Positions 1 to 13,914 are shown, numbered from the stretch's first letter. The stretch: 64,000 nt of DNA from Chrysomallon squamiferum (GCA_012295275.1 CM022666.1:3782001-3846000), one strand, 5' to 3'. The notes: a model not told the origin generated them from the sequence alone. Program-made: numbers and translations.

Positions 1-479
1 CTAAGGGCCATTAAATCCAATATAATTTTTATTAAAAACGGCCAATAGTTATTCACTGTTGTCAGTTTGTTCTGTCAGTTATCCCATTTGCCTGTATTAT
101 TTATGATTGTTTTGAATGAGTGTGCGTGTGTGTGTGTGTCTGTGTGTGTGTGTGTGTTTGATGTTTGTTTATTTTTCATTGAGAAAATACGTGTATGTTA
201 TAACTTTTTTTGTTGTAATAAATATTACTGTGTGAAAATTAGTAATATCACAGTAGATTTTCACAAAACAGAAGGAAGAAACAATCATAATAAATGTACA
301 AAAGAAATTAAGGAGAAAATCAATGTGATCTTTTAGCTTGCCTAAACGTTTTTACGACTTTTTTCTTCATAAGATAACAATAAAATCGTTTTTCTTTTGA
401 AAAGAATAGGACGTTTTATCAATCCGCACGATTGTTATCTTTGTCTGTTAATGCCGCTTTTATTTTTTTTATTTCGCAG

Positions 480-619
480 CGAATATTTCGGAGGTTGAAA
501 AAGACTGGAAGGTTCAATACAACGAATGGAAAACGAGATACATAGTCGACTGGAAACACCAGTTTGATAACTTTCTACATAACTACGAAAGACGGTTACA
601 TACATGTGGAACACCATGA
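480..619 (+). CDS. ache: Terminal T (WAT tetramerisation) exon of an acetylcholinesterase/cholinesterase gene; upstream exons lie before the window
   Basis: Pyrimidine tract and tttcgcag acceptor at 478-479. The phase-1 frame reads NISEVEKDWKVQYNEWKTRYIVDWKHQFDNFLHNYERRLHTCGTP*. The W-x6-W-x7-W..QFD aromatic pattern and C-terminal Cys match the vertebrate AChE-T peptide ([26 protein letters not shown]...C). Not in the ORF track. Confidence 0.88.
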
Positions 620-733
620 CGTCACCGGAAGTAGTAGATCTGGCCAGGCGAAATTGTCGTCTGCTTTTGAGAAAACATGTCCATCTATTGATACCAAGAT
701 TATTTCAGAATTAACAAAATCTACGACAATGGC

Positions 734-769
<36 letters not shown>

Positions 770-1887
770 GCAATAATAATAATAATAAGGGCGGCCACAC
801 TTCAGTTTCAAGCAATACTTTTTTGAAAATGAGATATAAAAAATAATAATAATAATCAGTTATTGTTTCGGGAGGTTTGGGATGGTTGTTATATTTTCGT
901 TGTGTTCTTTTCACTTTTCAATTTTCACTTTTTTTTTTTTTTTTTTTTTTTAAATATTTTATCAAAAGTTGTATTTAAAATGCAATTCAAACAGCGTACT
1001 GTGTCTGAAAGACAGTAGATTACACACAATACTTATTTCACAGCTATAAAACACCAGCGTTTCTTTAATAAATTACCAGTCTTTCATTTGGTTTGTCATT
1101 TAAATTTCTAGCATGGGTCCTAAACAGACAGGCCAATGGGGTCGATGCAGCAATAGACAGGAAAGGGCTGGGACGGATTTGAAATTAACTGCGTAAATTT
1201 TTAATTCTGTCAATAAGAATAGTATGAAGTTACTAATTATAGGTAGGTCTACATCGGCGTTACAGTTTATTTTTTCTCTTTTTAGAGTGGTTTAAAACTC
1301 AGGTATAAAATATATATCAATAGTAAGAAAGAAAAAAAAAAAAGAAAAGTTTCCTCAGGAAGAAAGAAGTAATCCTTTATTGAACATTTATATACAATTT
1401 CTAGTGTATGTCATTGTACATATGCACATAAACATGTTTTGTGTCGAATAAAGATATACCTCATACTCTTTGTTCGTTTCCATTTCCTAATAAACCAACA
1501 TTACCGGTTGTTGTTTTTTGTTGTAAATAATAAAAATAAAAAAATAAAATAAAACTACGTTACCATTTCTTGTAAAATTATCTTTTCCCTGTAATATAAC
1601 TTTGCCGTTTCTTTTAAAATTGACTTCTTTTTTTTTTTTCCCTGTAAAACGACGCTTATATTTCTTGTAAAATAAACTTTTTCCCGGAAAATGACGTACC
1701 ATTTCCTATAAACTCGAGGTTTATCTAATTTTAATTTATTTTAATAAAATTAGAATTATTGTTTTTTCTTACTGAACTGGCTGTTAGGTATAAAACGACA
1801 TAACCATTTGGCATTTCCTATATATATATATATCTAAAAAAAAAAAAAATTAAAAAAAAAAGTTTGTTTGTTTGTTTGTTTGTTTTG

Positions 1888-1947
<60 letters not shown>

Positions 1948-2663
1948 ATTATTGTTGTTGTTATTATTATTTAATATTTAATATTTCTTATTTAGTTTTA
2001 AATATATGTTATGAATTATGTTTAATATTTGTAAGACATGCCAATGACTGTCGTTGTTAAACCGTATTTCCTACAAGATACAGAATTTATAAATAGTAAT
2101 TTCCTCTTCTTTTTTATCTTCTTATTTTTTTATGAAACCAGTTTCTAAGTTAAGCTATTTGCCACGCGTAATTAAACTCAGCTGCGAAAATGTGGATGTT
2201 TATAATAGACATTTGTTATTACAAAGATAAACAATTTCTTGTAAACAGTCATTCCTTTTTTTTTTTTCTTTATTCTTTTTTGTAATTGTTTTCTTTGTTA
2301 AAACTAGTTATTAAGTTGAGTTCTTTGCCATTGTAACAAGAATCGCAATTAAGTTTCAGTTTGTCGATCACTTTCAAGTTGTAAATATAAAAATACTTAC
2401 AGATATTTTGACACTCGAAATCGTTAACACTTTTCACGTGTATGTTTTTTCTGTTTTCGAAATCTGCTGCTACCATTTCACAAGCTGTCGATTATTAACA
2501 GCAAGGAGTCTTTTTTTTTTTTTTCTTTTGTATTCCTTTTCAGAGATGGAAAAGACATAAGTCTGTTATCGCGCTTGTTTTGGAGTACTTGTTGGAACGG
2601 TACATAACCAGTGACGCGAAAAATAGTGTGGTCGTAAACATTCTTTTTTCATTTCTTCTTTAT

Positions 2664-2694
<31 letters not shown>

Positions 2695-2876
2695 CTTTCT
2701 TTCTTTTCTTATTAAAGGCACTGTATTATTATTATTATCTCTTCGCTTTTTTTAATATCCGCACAACCCATTGTATTAATGAACTATTAAATATCTGTGG
2801 TAAAGATCGCTTTGAGACATGTCGAAAGAGAAAGTAACGATTAAAGTATAGGTATAGGTAGAAGTGTAATCGATTT

Positions 2877-2914
<38 letters not shown>

Positions 2915-3360
2915 ATCTTAAATAGAATATCTAAAACACTAAGTGGGAAAATTTCCGGGTAGGAAAATCGGTTGTTCATCAATCATTTACGACAAAGTCT
3001 TAACAGACATTTTTTTTCTTTATAATTATTATCATACTGCGCACAAAAAATTAGGGATATTGAAATTAAAAATACAGTAAGATAATATTTAAAGGAAATA
3101 CTTCTATTTTAATTAATACACATCGCACTGAAAATCAGAATATATTTTGGAAATGATTTTCGTTTTTGTTTTCCAAATTTTGAGACGTTTGTCAACTGTG
3201 TTATCAAGACATGAAATTAATGTACATTGTCTATATATTTTTGTGTACAAATTACCCTGAATATAAAAGCGTAAGCGGCGAAAAAGAAGAAAGTTTTTGA
3301 GCTGGATGATAATAGCATTAAATAATACACCAACAGTAAAATATAATTTTATTATAACCA

Positions 3361-3364
<4 letters not shown>

Positions 3365-3452
<88 letters not shown>
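3365..3452. repeat. (CT)n microsatellite
   Basis: Perfect dinucleotide run. Similar runs at about 4935-5001, 9848-9925, 30628-30720, 40371-40418 and 60925-60987. Confidence 0.95.
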
Positions 3453-3455
<3 letters not shown>

Positions 3456-4933
3456 CCAGCTTCCAAATACATTTATCTATTTCTTTCTCTTTCTCTCTTT
3501 CCGCCAGTCACTGTCTGTGTGTTTTTCTATTACGTACTCCAATTATTTAAAATAAAAAAATGCATCATTCTGGTTTCTCTATCCGCATCATATCCGATTC
3601 GTTTATGAGAATAGTCGATTTAACGGGCTAACATATCTGAGTAAAATTCCCAGTAAACGATCGTAAAATATACAATAGATACTGATAATTTATTAACAGA
3701 ATCAAATAAAAAAAAATACCCCTGCTCGTTATGTCTGAATATTTCTATTATGATATGTTGTTCTTTTCAGCAAAATATAGATATGAATTATTGATATGGT
3801 GAAATTAGACATTTCCGAAAGTTCGTCTGTCATGGTTTAAAATACTGCCCTAGGAAATTCATTGATCTTGAAATATTCCTTGGGCCATTTGGTAGCAGAT
3901 ATTTGTAATATACGGTGGAATGAATGAAGTATCTTAAATACATTTTGAATATTGTTTCTAAGGGATAGATAAATTATACTGAGTATATAGTGTACAATAG
4001 CAAAATGTCCGTTTCCAAGCGTCTGATTAGTCTGATATTTTAATATTATACTTTATTATTAGAAACGTTTGGTCGCCTATTAAAATAACAAATTTCATGA
4101 AAACATGTAAAATATATTTGTTTGTGCCATCAAAATGTTTATACAAATCTGTCATATTCTGTTTGTAACGATGCTGTTTTTAATAAATTATACATTATAT
4201 TTACTAACATCAATCTTTGATTTTCAGTTGCTAAACTGTTATAAACAGTTTCAAAATCAGAACTTGCCGTTGAAAGCCGAGGAAAAATCGAAACCCATAC
4301 TGTTAAAACTGTACATAAATTTAAAAGTTTAAAAAAAAAAATCGGAAGCTATGCTTATAAAACACGATGTTTAATAACGAGATATAAAACTTTTCGTCTC
4401 GTTCTAACAAGCTGAATCAATGAGGCGATCGATCAAGAACGAAGTCAGTAAATCCATATGTTTTTATGAATTTTCGATGTTTAATGAGAACAAGCTCTTA
4501 ACCATTCCTGCTTAATTGTGCTTATTCCAGCTGCCAGTCCATGAGAAATTGATGAAAATGTCAAATTTCTCCAGGAAATTTTTACTTTGATGGCTACGAA
4601 AATAATAGGTCGTCCACAAGCAGAGACGAATGATGGCGCGTTCGCGTGACGAACTTCGCCGTTGAGTCGCGATGGCGCCAAGATGACCTAATCGTTATGA
4701 CAACTCTTTTCAGCCAATAAACAGACGATGAATTAAACCTATGATTCGAGGTCATGATTATCGATGATGTAATAATGCGGTCACATTACTGCGTGAAATT
4801 AATTGAAAGGTTTCAGAACTATATGACGGAAACAGACGAAATAAAAAAAAAAAAAACATCGGTGTTACGGACTTTAGTTACGGATTCTAGTTTTTCTGTT
4901 CATTTCGATGTTCTCTCGTTCTGTATTTCGTTT

Positions 4934-5008
<75 letters not shown>

Positions 5009-5767
5009 CTCTCTATCTCTTTGTTTTGGTCATTTTCTATTTACTGTTAACGTTTTCATCCTGAAGTCATTAATGTAATTTAAAAAAATTTAAAACAGAT
5101 AAATTTAAGGATACCAAACCATTTTGTTGTTAATACTGTGTACATATATTTATACTTATGTTTGTGTTACATTAATACGTTACAATTGATGCATTTTAAA
5201 TATTATATTGGTTACAAATATTCACCATTAACACTGCAAAAACGAAGTAACATTTTATTATTTTTGTTGTTGTTGTTCATTTTGTGCATTTAATTAAAAT
5301 GACTGTAATCTATATTTTCTAAAGCAATTAAAATTATATAGTATGTTATAATTCTGTTTTTTAACATATTTTTTTTTTGTTCATTATTACTGTTTGATTT
5401 GAAAACGTCCTAAAAAATTAAATAAATGGGACAAGGTGAAGAGATTTTATTCAATGTTCGCAGTTTATATTTATTACAAAGTCGTAACATCATTATCTAA
5501 TTTCCAACTCCAATTTACATCACTTGTTATAAATGATCGATATTGTAAGAAATGTAACTTTACGCTCAGATATTTATGATAAACAAAACAAAAAATACCT
5601 CTTGATTCATTCTATTTTATCGGTTCCTTAATTTAAAAATAAATAAATAAATAAAACATCTAAGATAGTTTTGAAGTCATCCTTCTGCTTATTGCTTTCC
5701 ATTTTCACGAGTTGACTTCTGAGGATTTAATTTCCTCCTTTGAATTGAATCGTCTGCACCGGAAGTT

Positions 5768-5805
<38 letters not shown>

Positions 5806-6281
5806 GTGTACGATTATTTTTCTTTAGAATCTTTTTTTATTATTATTATTATTATTATTAAGAAATCAACTTATTATAAAAAGTAGTATTAAAAGAAAGA
5901 TAGCGGTAAATTTGTAAATTAAGTTCCTATTGTTATTATATTTATTCAACGAGTTTATTTTAACGATCTATGCAAATCCATAATTCAGTATATCTTGTAG
6001 AAATTTTAACAAAATTAATCTGATGGTAATTTTTTGATGTCGATCAGTAATATAAATCAATTATCTGTAAAGCTTAGATTTTTATTGCATTCCTACCACT
6101 AAAGAATTTTTTTTTTTTTTTTTTTTTGGCGGAAGTTACTGAACTTTCTTATCTTTAGGAAACATTTCGCTTGAAATCGTTTATATCATCAGTATGAGTT
6201 CGTGTAAAATATCTTAGATTTGATGATTCTCAGAGCGTCACAGAAAATAAACACATAGATTTACGGTACACTGCATATGGG

Positions 6282-6312
<31 letters not shown>

Positions 6313-6836
6313 TAAGTTAAATTACTAAAGAACTCCAAAACTAATATTTTAAATGATATCTATGTCATCCTCACAGAGCAGTCTTTAAAACTGTTCCGAT
6401 TTTGTTTTCTTCAAAATTTGAAAAATACCTCGGCAAAATTTAATTAAAGGAATGTTTTTATAAAGTGTTTAATGTAAGATATTTTTTTCTGAACTTAATT
6501 TGTCTTTTGAACTGTTTGCCCATATAGCAGTTAATGTAAAAAGCTTAGGTTGTTATTAAAACATTTTTTCTTGCATTTAGAACAGATTTTGTCAAATTAA
6601 TTTGAAAATGTAAACATAGATTTTACATTTAATTGGGTTTTTTAGTTGTTGTTTTTTTTTTTACTCTTTTTGTAAACAGATTAGTTTTTAAACACTGTTT
6701 ACTAAAATAATTATTTTGACTTTTTTCCCCACGTTTCATTTTCTTTAATTAATAGAATAAAAAAAAAACAAAAAAAAAAAAAGAAAGGAAAAAACACAAA
6801 CAACTAAGATAAATAAAATCATTAAAGATGTCAACA

Positions 6837-6842
6837 TTTATT
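6837..6842 (-). terminator. Candidate polyadenylation signal of the SBNO-like gene
   Basis: AATAAA on the minus strand about 150 nt after the stop, followed by a T-rich downstream tract. AATAAA is common in this AT-rich DNA. Confidence 0.35.
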
Positions 6843-6986
6843 CGTTAATGCATCTGTTTAAAATTATTTCACTTGGCATTTTCAAAATTTCTACAATGTT
6901 TTTTATTTCCATTTGTTACATAACAACGGCATTACGAAATTTGTTTTTAACATAGTTTCATCACCCAAGATATATATAATTTGTAA

Positions 6987-7640
6987 TCATTCAATAAGAC
7001 AACTATCTATATGAGTATTTATTTCTTCATTTGAAATATTTTCACTGAAAGTTTGACCACAAACTGGACAACATGTTGTCTTTTTAGTCTGTTTTGAAAA
7101 TGAATCAAATAATGTTCGCTGTCGTTTGGCTGACTGTTTCGATGATTCAAGAGGAGATCGTTTACGTGAAAGTTTTTCAATCCCATCAACCTTTGAATCA
7201 ACAGCATCTGTCCTTTTTGAATCACTGGCCTCTGAACTGGTTCCTGAATCATTTTCAACCAAGATGGTTTCTGAATCGCTGTCAACCAATGTGATTTCTG
7301 AATCCTGAATTAACTTTGTTTTTGAACCATTTCGACTCGAACTAGTTTTGGAATCATTCTGAACCAGCTTGGTTTTTGAATCGTTTTTTACCACTTTGGT
7401 TTTCGAGTTTATCTTTCGATTTTTTACTGCAGCAGAATCTTTATCACCGGACAGTGTTTTATTTGTAGTTATCTTCCCTTCACTGCTGCTCTTCAGCTGA
7501 GGTTTAAAAAAGTTTCTGATTGTAACTGGTGGGTTTACTGCGTGTGTCAAACATTTCTCATTAACTGGAGTGACGTCCTCGATGATGTTGTGACCAGACG
7601 ATGTTTTCTCAACAACAGTCTCCAATTTTACATTCTGGCT
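6987..7640 (-). CDS. Last coding exon of the SBNO-like gene: low-complexity tail with PIP-like motifs and UBZ4-type zinc finger
   Basis: Acceptor ttttcag at 7641-7642. Encodes PVTIRNFFK, about 9-aa DSKT-type repeats, [10 protein letters not shown] and [25 protein letters not shown] before TGA. Confidence 0.85.
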   Translation of the reverse strand, partial: SQNVKLETVVEKTSSGHNIIEDVTPVNEKCLTHAVNPPVTIRNFFKPQLKSSSEGKITTNKTLSGDKDSAAVKNRKINSKTKVVKNDSKTKLVQNDSKTSSSRNGSKTKLIQDSEITLVDSDSETILVENDSGTSSEASDSKRTDAVDSKVDGIEKLSRKRSPLESSKQSAKRQRTLFDSFSKQTKKTTCCPVCGQTFSENISNEEINTHIDSCLIE

Positions 7641-9375
7641 CTGAAAAATTATGAAATTGTTTTCATGAATAAATTAATAAGACTCCATTTAATTTCTTTT
7701 TGTAACAAAAAAAATAAATATATATATATATAAAAATTATTAAGCCTGAAACAAATTCTAGTTTGACAACATTTTGTAAACTATAATCCAGCCTTAACCA
7801 ACAACGAATGGGAACATTTTTCAAACAGAACTACTATTTTAAAAAATTAAGTTTAAAAAAAAAAAATATATATAACACTGACCAAATCATCTGAAACAAC
7901 TGCTATTCAGACATCTTGTAAAGTGTATCACAGCCTGTAACCTCTCTACTGATGGGGACATTTTTCATGCTAGACCACTACCAAAAGATTAAAGTTTTTG
8001 TAGAGAACTTACTAAGCCTGGAAGAGTGGCTTGTCGAACGATCTCCTGTTCCTTGAGAAGCTTTTCGACTTCTGGTATAAGAACCTGAGGAAAGCGAATT
8101 CCCACCACCCTCTCTCCACTGTCTAACTCCACCCTAACCACTCTCAGCTGACTGTCATACTTGCTGCAAGAACAACCAAAAAAAAATTAAATTAGAATCC
8201 CGATATTTGTATTTTGTTCAGTTATGTGGTCTCCTTGCAAATTGTAATATCTGATTTTGAAAATATTTGTTGTTTACTCTAGTTTTAGCTGTTAATCAAA
8301 AAAATATATTAGTGGATGATGTGTATGTGTTATTACTCAAGAAAGAAAGAGAAGAAGAAGAAGAAGAAAGAAAGAGAGAGAGAGAGAGAGAGAAATCATA
8401 ATATTAATAATAACAAGAACTACAACAACAAAAACACGTAATAAATGCACGTAGTTTATTTGTGAACATTATATAACTTTTCATATTACAGACGGACGGA
8501 ATGAGAGAGAGACGGTGTGTGTGTGTGCACATGTGCAAGCTCACGATTTATGGATATTATTTTAATGTGTTTTTAAATTAAAAATTGTATTTCAAATAAT
8601 ATATCAACAACATCAATTAATGATAGATTAAAGCCAAAATTACTATATACATACTAATACACTTGCAAACACACATACCTTACATTACCTACATACATAT
8701 GTACATACAAACATGCACACACATCTACATACACCCATTTAAACTTGCAGAAATACCCATACACATAACACAAATATATTATTATTTATTAACAAAAACG
8801 ACAGTAAAAAACAAAAATAAATAATACCTCAGACCGTATTTCGCTGCAGATTTGTTGATAGCTGTTTCCAACAACGACATCAGCGTGACATTGTTGCCAC
8901 ACAAGAGATGTAGTTTGTAGCAACGACTTCCAACTACAAAACACGTTTTCAAAAATCAGATATTGATTAATGTTTCCTCATACTTTTATAGCCAACATAC
9001 ATTTGGCTTCAATATCTGAAATTTTAATATCTTATCCAGTAATATCTTATCTAGAAATATCAACATTCAAAAAAAAAATATAATTAATGTTTCCTTTCTC
9101 CAAGTTTAATCTGACATTATAATTACTTTACTATATTTTATTTTCATAATCTCAAAGATAAGTATCCATGGTAACTTTTATTACTCAGTATGTTATCGTT
9201 TTACAGAAAGCATTTTTATTTTTTAGTATATAAATAATTTTAACCCAGCTTACTATTATTAAGAAATAATATATATATATGTATATGTATATATATATTT
9301 TTTTTTTCATTTATGCAGTAGTAAAAATGATGTGACATTTGTTTTCTTGTTTGTTTACTTACTTATTTTACTTAC

Positions 9376-9422
<47 letters not shown>

Positions 9423-9507
9423 TTCATTTACTTATTTATCCATTTATTTTTTATTTATTTATTTACTTATTTATTCATTTACTTATTTATTTACTTATTT
9501 ATAATAT

Positions 9508-9538
<31 letters not shown>

Positions 9539-9844
9539 CTTATTTATAATTTTTTATTTATTTATTTATTTACTTATTTACTTATTTACTTACTTATTTA
9601 TAATTTTTATTTATTTATTTTATTTATTTATTTATTTATTTATTTATGTATTCAATTATTTATTCATTTATTTACTTATTTATTTATTTATTTTCAGAAA
9701 AGTTTGCAGACTGTACCACTGCAAGACCCTTTATTTCGGCAGGATTTTCCATGCAGGCAAATTTCCTGACTGTCTTCATAGTGTTGCTTCCATCCTTCCT
9801 CTGTGAAAATATAATTGTGTTGTGAGACCACTAAATATATAAGG

Positions 9845-9929
<85 letters not shown>

Positions 9930-12900
9930 CTGGAGAGATAAAAATAATTTTCTTAAAGAGAGTAACACAATATTATTGTACTTTCTGACATAATTATTTA
10001 CAATTGAAAAACATAATGATAATATATTCCAGAATGAAAAAAAAAATCCACAATAACTGATATCCTATATTTCTTCACAAACCAAAAAAAAGGTCATTCA
10101 CATTTGCCAAAACTTTTAAAGTTTTCTATAAAGTGAGCTATTAATTTTTTTTTTCTTTTCTTTTATTTATTTTATTATATTTTTTTTTTCGATTAATGAG
10201 AAAAAAGTACAGGGTTTTTGAATTTATCACAGATAATAAACTGAAAGATGATCTTTATTTCTGCTTCTGAGAACGAAAATATATCAAATAAATCTTGCAT
10301 TTTGAAAGAGGCCTGTTTAAGGTTGTCTTAAATTATAGCATTTTCAGAATTTAATTTTTTTTTTTTCCTTTTTTCCTTTTTATTAGATTCTTTTTTTTTT
10401 CTTTTTTCTTCTTTTCATCTGACTTTAAAAAAAAAAAAAATGTTATTTCATAACAGTTGGTATTTATTTATTTTAATTTTGTCAAATATGAATTTTTAAA
10501 TAATAATTTTTTGTTTTAATTGATTTAATTTCTTATTAAATTTATAAACCTTTCAGCGAGGGTAAAGTTTATTTCTTTAAAAAAAAAATTTAAATTACAT
10601 CCTTTTCATTTTACATATCTAGTACAATTTACCTATTTATATTTTATTTGTTTACTTTAATTTCTGTATTTTATTCTTTTCCATTACATTTTATCCAAAA
10701 ACAGAATAATTTATATTTATTAAAATTACATCATTACTTACTAAAATCACATTTTCACAGTTTTAATTACATTATTATTTCTACAGTTATTGTTACTTTT
10801 ATCTCTTCAGATAAATGAAGACAGAGCAATACAAATGGAGGACCAACAAACATTTACAACAGATGTACATTTGCAAAACAGTAATCGTAGTATCATAGAC
10901 TTTTACAATACTTTCTTTTCATTTCTTGTTTCTATTTTCATAATCCAATAAATATAATGTTAGATTTAGAACAGCAATGTAGTATGTACACATACAAACA
11001 CACACACACACATATATACTAAAACACTTTAGTATATCAATGAAAATATCTATTTCTGTAATCATTAATAGACATCAAACTTGCTGTTACTAACCATATA
11101 GCTTGACATTATTAGTTTTATTGTTATAATTATTATTATCATCATTATTATTATTCTTCTTATTATTATTATTGAGATTGTTATTATAGTCACTGATAAT
11201 ATTTTATTATTGTTGTCATTAGTATTACTATTGCTGTTGTCTGTTATTTTTAGCATTACTGCTATTATTATTACTATTATTATTATTATATTATTATTGT
11301 TATTACTATTATTAACAATTATTATTATTAAATTATTATTATCATTATTATAAATACTGTTATTACTGTTTTTGCGAGAATAACTGAATAACAAATTTAT
11401 TAATATTATTGATTATATTAATTAACAGTAACTTCATTAAACTTCATTTATTTAACTGTTATTACTATTATTATTAATAATAACATGATTAATATTACAG
11501 TTATTATTATTATGATTGTTTGCTTATTACTGTGATGTTGTTATTGTTATTATGAATTACTTTGAATATTATTAAATTTATTATTATTATTATTGTTGGG
11601 TTGTGTTTAAAATATGGTTGTGAATTTAGTTCCATTTCAAGCAAACAGCTTTAACATTTTTTAGATTAAAGACTGAAATTTCTAGCTTCTCAAATTTTAA
11701 ATCAAAAAGCAGTCATACTGTGTAACATAAATTGTGTTACAATTTAATTGACTGAACATGAAACATCTTCAACATGAAAAAAAATTAATTCTCAATACTC
11801 AATACAATGAATCATAAATCACCTAAAACAAGTTATTTGATTGGATGCAAACTTCAAGTAACAGCAATTATGACTGGTCATTAACAAGATAGTAGACAGT
11901 ACCCGAGTCACTTCTATTCTTTGTATAAAATTAATCAAGTAGACTGTATTCCAGTCACTTTCTTTCTCTTGTAACACAATGGAATACATAAAACTAACTT
12001 TCTTTAACAAATAACAAAACAGAGAATCTGAATGGTGGAGAGCATACATACTGTATTCAATTTCATTATCTCTTGTATAAGTAGGCACTTTAATAATTAT
12101 TTAACTGCTACTGGGGTTTCTGGAAGTTAAGCAGTGTGTCTCCACCTTTAGGAAAGTTAACATTTCGTGGCTATATAACTACAGTTTCAATTTATATATA
12201 TAGAGTTAGAATAGAAGGTCTTAATGTTAGCAGGTACGGTTTGAAGCATGCATTTTGCATGTGCACACCAAATTTCAACATCTCAGGATGTGTAAAATAT
12301 GTAAATAGAATTTTTTTTTTTTTTTGGATCACTTTTAAAATGTTGTTTTATTGTTAAATATAATGTAGATAGCATATATAGTGCAATGGTTTTTTTTTTC
12401 TTATCTACTTCTTTTAGATGACTGTTAGATACAAATATATATACATCTCTTGGTAATATATAAAATGTATGGTTTTTATCATAGCTTGCGTGTTGTGTGG
12501 TTGAATATGGTTTTGTCCCTTTTTTATGTTTTATAAACATGTTTCTACAGATTTAGAAAAGTTTTTCATGTATTCATCTGTAATAATAAAATAAAAATGA
12601 ATTTTAATAAAAACAATTTTACAGAAATAAATTATAATGAATAACTTTTTACTTATTTATTTCATCTTATCCTATTTTATTTTGTATTATTTTAGTATTT
12701 AAAATAAATTTATATTTATTTACTTTAATGGTGTTTTTAAACCAATACAAAACAAAAATCGAAGAAAAAAAACAATAAAATTTCCTATTAAAAATTAAAG
12801 AATTTGAGAAGTCAGTTATCATCTTTATTTAAATGGTATATATATTTTTATTTTATTATTTTATTTTCTTATTTGTGAATACACTTCTGAACTCACACAA

Positions 12901-13858
12901 TTTTTAGAACAAGGTTTATTAATTTCTCAATTATCTAACAGCAGCTTTCAACTATTAATAAAGAGACTATAGAGCAGAATTAGAATAGTTATCTCCCTTC
13001 TTACATTTACCATTACATTCTGATGTTTCTTTATGTGTAAATGTACGCACAAACATAATCTTGTTTGTACATATTCCCTTTTTCATCAAACACATTTTGA
13101 AATCAACTGTTGTGATCTAATCATGAGAGAGAGAGCAATAAAATAATTTAGTATCTTAAATTTCATTTGTAATTTTAGAATTTTCTAACATTGTGAATTA
13201 TATGGAAACAATTTTTCAAAATGGCAAACTTTTTCTTTTTTTTTTTTTTTTTCATTTTAATTAACATTTTAAATAAGCCTTTTTATCAGTTTGAAAACAA
13301 AGAAGGTTATTTATAGTTTTTAATTAATTTAAAAAAAAAAAAATTTTCTATTTAGACAATTAAATGATCGATGACATATTTTATTTTGTTCTAATGTATG
13401 AAATTTTTTTATTTAATTATTTGTTTTATTTTGTTTTATTCAATTTTATTAACATTTTAGTTCAAACTTAAAAACAAACAAAACTGAAAGTAAATTTTGA
13501 TGTATTTTAACACATTTTTGTAATAGATTTTACTTTTTAAATTTGGAGTTATTATTTTACAATTATTATATTTATACATACTTAGGTCTGTTAGTATGCA
13601 AATGTGTAATATTAATGTATATACTTAAATGTTCACACTATTACATAAATATACATACATATGCACACACATACACACAAACACACTAATAAAAAATTGT
13701 ACACACACACTTTTGTAAATTTCTATACATATACACTGTTATAAGAAAATATGTATGTATGTAAAAACTATAATACATAATATCTATATTTATAACATTG
13801 GTTATATACAAACATACACACAACACATATAAAAACACGTGTGTATATATATATATAT

Positions 13859-13914
<56 letters not shown>

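Noticed and set aside
3035-3065. Sequence resembling a Tc1/mariner terminal inverted repeat (actgcgcacaaaaaattagggatatt)
   Set aside because: No partner inverted copy or transposase remnant was found in the window.
11819-12088. 89-aa minus-strand ORF in the large SBNO intron
   Set aside because: No recognisable motif, and the flanking SBNO exons need no additional exon once the 1-nt error is allowed for.
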